This document shows, piece after piece, positions 59,801 through 64,000 of a DNA stretch of 64,000 nucleotides. Location: the NCBI GenBank assembly GCA_937903325.1, contig CALCZR010000059.1, forward strand, positions 151,547 to 215,546. Direction: 5' to 3'. Below the pieces are notes generated by a model that was not told the DNA's origin, ran no database searches, and worked only from the letters and a program-made list of their open reading frames with translations. The DNA comes from an uncultured Candidatus Saccharibacteria bacterium (GTDB lineage Bacteria > Patescibacteriota > Saccharimonadia > Saccharimonadales > AWTP1-31). Position 1 is the first letter of the stretch. Each line of letters opens with the position of its first letter. The translations under genes and the position numbers were made by a program.

Positions 59801-61982
59801 CGACCAATTCAATAGCTCTGTTCTGAATATTGATGGGCTCAAAGTATTGAGTACAGATGACTATAGCCTTTTGGGTGACGTGCCACTTTCGTCATCGGAC
59901 TATCGGGATATTGACCTCTACCAGCGTCAGAACAAGCTATTTGTAGTCCCACGAAACCAGGACTCTGACTTTACGAGCATGCCGATAGTTAACACCAGTA
60001 ACTGGTCAATTATCGATACGGTTTCCCTAGAATCACCGGGCTACTCCAATGGTTCGAGCGGGACAGCTTTTGGTGCGGGCTTTAGTGCAGACGGCAGTGT
60101 TGGCTTTTGGTTCTCTAGTACCGATAACTTGATTCATCGGTTCGATACAAGTGATGGCCATGCTCTAGCAAATGTGGAGCTCCCGACTATGATCGATGCC
60201 ATTTATCCTGCCCCAGATAGTGCGGATGAATATGGATTCCGTCTGCATGATAACAGCTTTGGTATCTACAACATTGCGACGAATACTATAGGTGACATTA
60301 TTCAAGCCGGGCTTTCGGGGTTTGCAGGTGCTGACATCTTTAACAATACGACGCTGAGATATTTCAAGGGATTTGTAGCAGCTGAAACAACCGTCCAATT
60401 CACCGTCCAAGATGGTGATCCTGAAGATCCACCAGTGACTCCTCCGACGCCGACTACTCCTACCACTCCCACGACCCCTACTACGCCTACACAATCCACC
60501 ACACCTCGTCGTACTCCGCAGCCAACCACTAACCCAAACCAAACTTCTCAGCAACCCGAAACGGTAGTGCCAGACATACCAGTTACACAGCAGTATACCG
60601 GTGGTATTACGGAGTTGCCGGTTGCAAAAGCAGAAGTTAAAAAACCATTCATCTCCGAGCCGTTGGCCCGTGCTTTGTCGTGGCTACTGCTCCTTATCTT
60701 GCTCATTCTCGCCATCCTATATGGACGACGAGCCCGCAGGGAATACCTGGTACGCAAGCAACTCGAGCAAAGCCTGGCGCACCTCCGTGGCATGAAGCAA
60801 GCAGCCGACAGCTATCTGGAAATCACCACACACTATCTCAATACACCGGTGGCCATTATGAACGGGGCGGTGGAGTTGCTGGTATCACTCAAGAAGCTTC
60901 CGGACTGGGCGATACAACGACTGCAAGCTGAGCTCAAGAAATACGGTGATTCGGTGGCTCGTCTGAGTGCGGCAAGTCAGACTATGTCCGTTGCGCAACC
61001 AGAGGTGACGGGCACGGTTATGAGCGCTGCAGTTGCACGAACGAGCCCACTCAAACAGCGAGCGGTATGGCTGCCCATTAGCATTGTTGTGGGGCTCTTT
61101 GGGCTTGTTTCGGTGCTGTTCGCATTCACGGGTGTGTACTCACTGGGCAGTGTGCAATTTGGTTTGCAACTACTCTGCCTGGCATTGACTGCTGGGTTGA
61201 TCGTAACGGCGCAGCGCAGCAAAGACATTCAGCTTGCGGCGCAGGAAGCGGCGCGAAGTGCGGCTAATACAGAAAAAGATTTGATACGGAAACGTGAGGT
61301 ATTCTTACAGCAATCTTCGACGGTTCTTGCGGAGCACCACGAGAACCTGACGATAATCAGTAAAGACCTGCACGTTATACCGGAAACCAGAACCTTCTAT
61401 AACGGTCTGGGCATGCTTGGTCAGATGGTGCAAAGTCTTAGCAAGGTTGGCCGATTCAGTAACACGACGGCCGATGCACCAATACTTGATCTGGGGCAGG
61501 AAATACCGCGGGCACTTGCTGCACTGCAAAGCAAAGCTACTGAAAAGCAGGTGCAACTGCAACTGGATATTCCTGCTAGTTTGAATCTGGCAATTCAGCC
61601 GCAAGAGCTAAGCCAGCTGGTGCAGTCACTAACCGACAACGCCCTGATATTCAGTAAACCAAATGGCCGGGTCACGTTGTCTGCACAGGGATCTGGCAAC
61701 TGGATTATGCTTAAAGTGATCGACGCTGGTAGTGGTATTGAGCCCGAGCGTCTCGCACACATCTTCGAACCGTTTTATAGGGCTACAGACGCTGAGACGT
61801 TTAACTACGAAGGTCTAGGGCTTAATCTCCATGTCGACAAGCTTGTCGTCGAGAAGCTCGGCGGCACCATTGACCTCAAGAGTAGCCGTACTGGCACTAC
61901 CGTAACTCTGCGGTTGCCAGCATCTCAGCTCACGAAGCTTGAGGCTCCAATGTTGGTTGCTCCAGTGCCCGCAGCTGGCTAG
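56853..61982 (+). CDS. Giant 1709-aa membrane protein: Ig-like plus YVTN-like beta-propeller ectodomain, PT linker, membrane-embedded histidine kinase
   Basis: Three N-terminal TM helices are followed by Ig-like segments and beta-propeller repeats (VLSVSPDGLRVVVVG...IAIVDVASDEF; NSIHVLDTNTKQMQVITVG). A PT linker (TPPTPTTPTTPTTPTTPT) and a TM helix lead into H-box-like ITTHYLNTPVAIM, a TM hairpin, a second H-box-like LAEHHENLTII, an N-box DNALIF, G1 VIDAGSGIEPERL and G2 GLGLNL. Confidence 0.8.
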   Translation: MYKHEHSTMRVIGTRTVHRIRAGVTRLFPILKTILAIGVPSLVVLGVSWIPLTQRLYNNLDQAPSQISNTSVSSYLLVSTVIALGIGIALYLLIDYRQHRKPLKVAMPTIRYNLRHHVRVVTLPLARSKWKVLTFSTVKGLASFALVGVAIVFGVQHLAQAKNFDITIAGDGAGRFVAFTPTPKIRGTAAPNSVLSVTVDNTLVGTTTVNTKGQWVYQPTSNLSIGEHSIKVSSFESGKYTYMESDQGLAVINTLEHRVSGNIPLPMDVISEAGNPTNKTTTVATQTVAGKVYALSAPNTNGGTPNFSSGYVTIVNAADGTVIKNLALSFRPSVLSVSPDGLRVVVVGSSSDNNGQEQATNIAIVDVASDEFSGSVISLEKRYFLTNDPWQGLFSHDPTVYLIRTAHMFYSINLDTGSVAQLDLTTYTFNDTYRMGSLKVNLAHNSNTVYLLGDEVVIKVDLDSFTVVSDIDTHDGFIYTTPTAAFITNDDSKLIYLDARTTAGSGVRRMITIDLNTETILTPLLLNDTMRLPDEIITDSAQHKAYFVFEDDSNQQIAAEIVVADLVNNVLLAPIPLTDNYYSPGRTLYSSPVDPDIAYYLDNIESDQTTGNVYELNLVTGASELISEIPSYNIGFTQAAGDTYLFYDGRVNNEIGLTYIMRNITTGTNYTLASPFNTQLYTTQLSSSATATQSSTAEKTIQFTVATVSITEPLPQTPIMGTSYTLHGKALAGYQVEVLVGDESKGVTTTDQNNDWSMEVTGLTPGDIDITARASLDSVGIPIFYISADYSITGFHVYNVEKDQVEVHDDTNFGGSVPIITTPDGSVSFTLDLTHLYENQGEGLIHKYNIVTKQNEGDLILPDEYVDEIFSNSMNFFSEDGKLLYFLDSDDTDSFLALDVETLTYTQASLGINSNDFSISYGDMQQVSQSADRRYVYLPGWEDNSIHVLDTNTKQMQVITVGRTVGAVMTPAPGYIVAVVGDYDQFNSSVLNIDGLKVLSTDDYSLLGDVPLSSSDYRDIDLYQRQNKLFVVPRNQDSDFTSMPIVNTSNWSIIDTVSLESPGYSNGSSGTAFGAGFSADGSVGFWFSSTDNLIHRFDTSDGHALANVELPTMIDAIYPAPDSADEYGFRLHDNSFGIYNIATNTIGDIIQAGLSGFAGADIFNNTTLRYFKGFVAAETTVQFTVQDGDPEDPPVTPPTPTTPTTPTTPTTPTQSTTPRRTPQPTTNPNQTSQQPETVVPDIPVTQQYTGGITELPVAKAEVKKPFISEPLARALSWLLLLILLILAILYGRRARREYLVRKQLEQSLAHLRGMKQAADSYLEITTHYLNTPVAIMNGAVELLVSLKKLPDWAIQRLQAELKKYGDSVARLSAASQTMSVAQPEVTGTVMSAAVARTSPLKQRAVWLPISIVVGLFGLVSVLFAFTGVYSLGSVQFGLQLLCLALTAGLIVTAQRSKDIQLAAQEAARSAANTEKDLIRKREVFLQQSSTVLAEHHENLTIISKDLHVIPETRTFYNGLGMLGQMVQSLSKVGRFSNTTADAPILDLGQEIPRALAALQSKATEKQVQLQLDIPASLNLAIQPQELSQLVQSLTDNALIFSKPNGRVTLSAQGSGNWIMLKVIDAGSGIEPERLAHIFEPFYRATDAETFNYEGLGLNLHVDKLVVEKLGGTIDLKSSRTGTTVTLRLPASQLTKLEAPMLVAPVPAAG
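60436..60540 (+). repeat. Low-complexity Pro/Thr-coding tract (CC/AC-rich) within giant gene
   Basis: ACTCCTACCACTCCCACGACCCCTACTACGCCTACA encodes the (TPT) linker. Confidence 0.5.
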
Positions 61983-62108
61983 TTATCCACAGGCCCCATT
62001 GTTATCTGTTGGCAAAATGCTAAATACTAGTCATTCCGCTTGTGCTACCTCTGAAAAAAGACTAAAATTAGAGCTAACCATAAGAGGGTTTTTGCACACA
62101 AATACGTT

Positions 62109-64000
62109 ATGGAAAATAAACAAGTTGGCCAGTCCCAAAATACGGCCAATAACACCGGTTTAGAAAGCCTGGAACAGGTACCGGCAACTTCTCGCGTTGC
62201 GCCTATTAGTGCATCCAAAAATCCCTCATCTCGTCCAACTCGCCCCTGGAAAAAGCAGGCAATGCTCTTGGCGGTTGTCTTGCTATTTGTTGGCGGGCTT
62301 GGAATTGCCGCCCTGCAACTAGCCGGTAAGGTCAAGAATGCTGGTAAGAACCAAGATGCTTTCGACAGTTACAAAACAGTTAACAACCCAGTCCTCGGCA
62401 ATGACACCCTGTTGCCTGTACAGTCCCTAAATGATCAAACGGTGACTATTAACGGTGATCTGACCGTACAAGGGAAGTTGAATCTTTCGGCTCAAGCACT
62501 GAATGACCTGGCAAGTATTCTTGGCAATACCGTTCGTCTGACCCCAGTGCTCGGTGGTCCAGCACAAGCCGGGAATATCAACATCTCTGGTGGTGTAATG
62601 GCTAGCACCTTCCAGGGTAACGGCGCAAACCTGTCTGACCTTAATGCCAGCAGCATTACTAGTGGTACGCTCAACAACGAACGTCTTGACGCCAGCGTAA
62701 CCAAGCTTGGCCAGACTATTCCACTGAGTGCTTTGCAATCCACCGTGCTTTCAAGTCTAAACGGTATCTCCAATAACGGAGCAGCTTCGATCATCGGGAC
62801 AGGTAGTGTGACCGTATCGACAGACATAGCAAACGGAGTGATCACTATCGACAGCGTTGCTGGCGACATTACTGGCGTGGCCGTAGGTAGCGGACTGCTG
62901 GGCGGTGGCACAAGCGGTGACGTAACTCTGAACCTGGATACCGGTATCGTAACCATGCAAGGTAACACCTTTAACGGTGCTAACCAGTTGGTTAAACTCG
63001 GTAGTTCTGGTGAACTGCCGGTCATTAGTGCCACTAACCTGACAAACTTAAACGCCAGCAACTTGAGTACTGGAACTGTTAACGACTCACGGCTCAGCAC
63101 TAATGTCACGGTGCAAGGCAACAGTTTCAATGGCACTAACCAGCTCGTGAAGCTAAACGGTGCAGGGGAATTACCTTCACTAAGTGCTACTAACCTCACC
63201 AACCTCAACGCCAGCAATATCGGTACTGGTACACTCAACGACGCTCGCCTTGGTGGTAACGTAACGCTTCAAGGCAACACCTTTAACTTGGCTAACAAGC
63301 TGGTGCAACTGGACAGTAGCGGTAATCTGCCATCGCTTAATGGATCAGCCATTACTAACCTAAATGCCGGCAACGTAAGCAGTGGAACCCTGGCAGACGC
63401 ACGACTGAGCGCTAATGTTGCGCTACTAAATGCTAACCAAACCTTCACCGGAAATGTCGTGTTTAGTCAGCCGCTTTCCGTAAATGTTATTCAGCCTTCT
63501 GCAGCTATGACCATTGGGGCAACTAACCAGGCCTTGACTCTACAAGGTGACCTAACTACTAAGCTGACAGGTACCGGCGGTACCGGTACGGTAAGCCTTG
63601 GCTTTACCGGTACTCCTGTCGGTAATGTGGTGTACCAGCTCGACGCGTCTGCCCCGGCTGGAACGTACACTCTCTGTACTTCAGTTGGTAACTGTGCTGG
63701 TTCTGGTGACGGCGTTACTTCTCCTGGCGGTACCACTAACAAAATCGCTAAGTTTGTCGGTGGCCAAGCTGTTGGCGACAGTTCAATCTCTGACGATGGA
63801 CTGCTCGTAACCGTTGGTGCTAATGCGCTGTACAAGGCTGGCGCAGATTCTACCACCGCCTTCCGAGTACAGAACGCTGCCGGCTCTACCAACGTATTTA
63901 CCGTAGACAGTACTAACACACGAGTGGCCATTGGGCAGAGTACCGCTAACTATACCCTGGACGTAAATGGTGACATCAACTCTGCTACCGGCCTTCGAGT
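62109..64000 (+). CDS. Tail-fibre-like repeat surface protein, 3'-truncated at window edge (absent from ORF track because no stop)
   Basis: My own translation from the ATG at 62109 reads MENKQVGQSQ..., with an upstream in-frame stop at 62052. It has an N-in TM helix (AMLLAVVLLFVGGLGIAAL) followed by repeats such as QGNTFNGANQLVKLGSSGELPVISATNLTNLNASNLSTGTVNDSRL. The open frame continues to 64000. Confidence 0.7.
   Translation, partial: MENKQVGQSQNTANNTGLESLEQVPATSRVAPISASKNPSSRPTRPWKKQAMLLAVVLLFVGGLGIAALQLAGKVKNAGKNQDAFDSYKTVNNPVLGNDTLLPVQSLNDQTVTINGDLTVQGKLNLSAQALNDLASILGNTVRLTPVLGGPAQAGNINISGGVMASTFQGNGANLSDLNASSITSGTLNNERLDASVTKLGQTIPLSALQSTVLSSLNGISNNGAASIIGTGSVTVSTDIANGVITIDSVAGDITGVAVGSGLLGGGTSGDVTLNLDTGIVTMQGNTFNGANQLVKLGSSGELPVISATNLTNLNASNLSTGTVNDSRLSTNVTVQGNSFNGTNQLVKLNGAGELPSLSATNLTNLNASNIGTGTLNDARLGGNVTLQGNTFNLANKLVQLDSSGNLPSLNGSAITNLNAGNVSSGTLADARLSANVALLNANQTFTGNVVFSQPLSVNVIQPSAAMTIGATNQALTLQGDLTTKLTGTGGTGTVSLGFTGTPVGNVVYQLDASAPAGTYTLCTSVGNCAGSGDGVTSPGGTTNKIAKFVGGQAVGDSSISDDGLLVTVGANALYKAGADSTTAFRVQNAAGSTNVFTVDSTNTRVAIGQSTANYTLDVNGDINSATGLR
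62958..63425 (+). repeat. Three tandem 156-bp (52-aa) repeats within tail-fibre-like gene
   Basis: The units start at 62958, 63114 and 63270 and are about 65-70 percent identical at DNA level. Each encodes QGN[ST]FN..N.LV.L...G.LP..S...LTNLNASN...G T..D.RL. Confidence 0.7.

Noticed and set aside
60302-60529. 75-aa minus-strand ORF with a (VGV)n repeat
   Set aside because: It is a mirror-frame artefact of the Pro/Thr-coding linker of the giant gene.
62492-63931. Minus-strand ORFs 62492..63238 (248 aa) and 63491..63931 (146 aa)
   Set aside because: They are antisense to the long open plus-strand tail-fibre-like gene, which has clear repeat structure and a TM anchor. Their products are low-complexity Pro/Ser/Val-rich, and they are frame artefacts of the GC-skewed repeat DNA.

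Overview
This 64-kb window of bacterial chromosome is dominated by a large cell-envelope glycan biosynthesis locus (about 1 to 31.4 kb), followed by housekeeping genes, an F-type ATP synthase operon and two giant surface proteins. All calls rest on reading motifs in the supplied translations; no database searches were run.

The glycan locus contains a complete dTDP-L-rhamnose operon (rfbB-rfbC-rfbD-rfbA) with phosphomannomutase and galE. Around it are at least nine GT2/GT4 glycosyltransferases, three polyprenol-phosphate sugar synthase-like GT2s, two GtrA-like flippase subunits, an LPG-synthase-TM (flippase-like) protein, three GT-C-like polytopic membrane proteins (two are DUF2142-like paralogs), a WbaP-like initiating phosphotransferase, a Wzy_C/O-antigen-ligase-like protein, an LCP (LytR-CpsA-Psr) ligase and uppP.

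Downstream are nadD embedded in an operon of uncharacterised proteins with zinc ribbons, a Kef/CPA2-RCK antiporter, CapA, DsbA, a CorC/CNNM transporter, a RdgB/Ham1 pyrophosphatase, a class IIb Asp/Asn-tRNA synthetase and an F-type ATP synthase operon. The ATP synthase operon has no adjacent a-subunit gene, and its first gene is a secreted-domain protein whose C-terminal c-subunit-like hairpin lacks the ion-binding carboxylate.

The window ends with a 1709-aa protein fusing three N-terminal TM helices, a roughly 1000-aa Ig-like plus YVTN-like beta-propeller ectodomain, a Pro/Thr linker and a membrane-embedded histidine kinase with two H-box-like motifs. After it comes a 5'-complete, 3'-open ORF for a tail-fibre-like repeat protein, which the ORF track missed because it has no stop codon in the window.

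I saw no CRISPR array, rRNA or tRNA gene, or mobile element. Candidate regulatory elements are two extended -10 promoters that imply leaderless mRNAs, two rho-independent terminators, a roughly 105-nt structured leader and a 29-aa ORF with a strong RBS. The gene content (LCP, rhamnose, giant surface proteins, many acidic hypotheticals, leaderless genes) is compatible with a Gram-positive-type or CPR/Saccharibacteria-like organism, but that is inference only.
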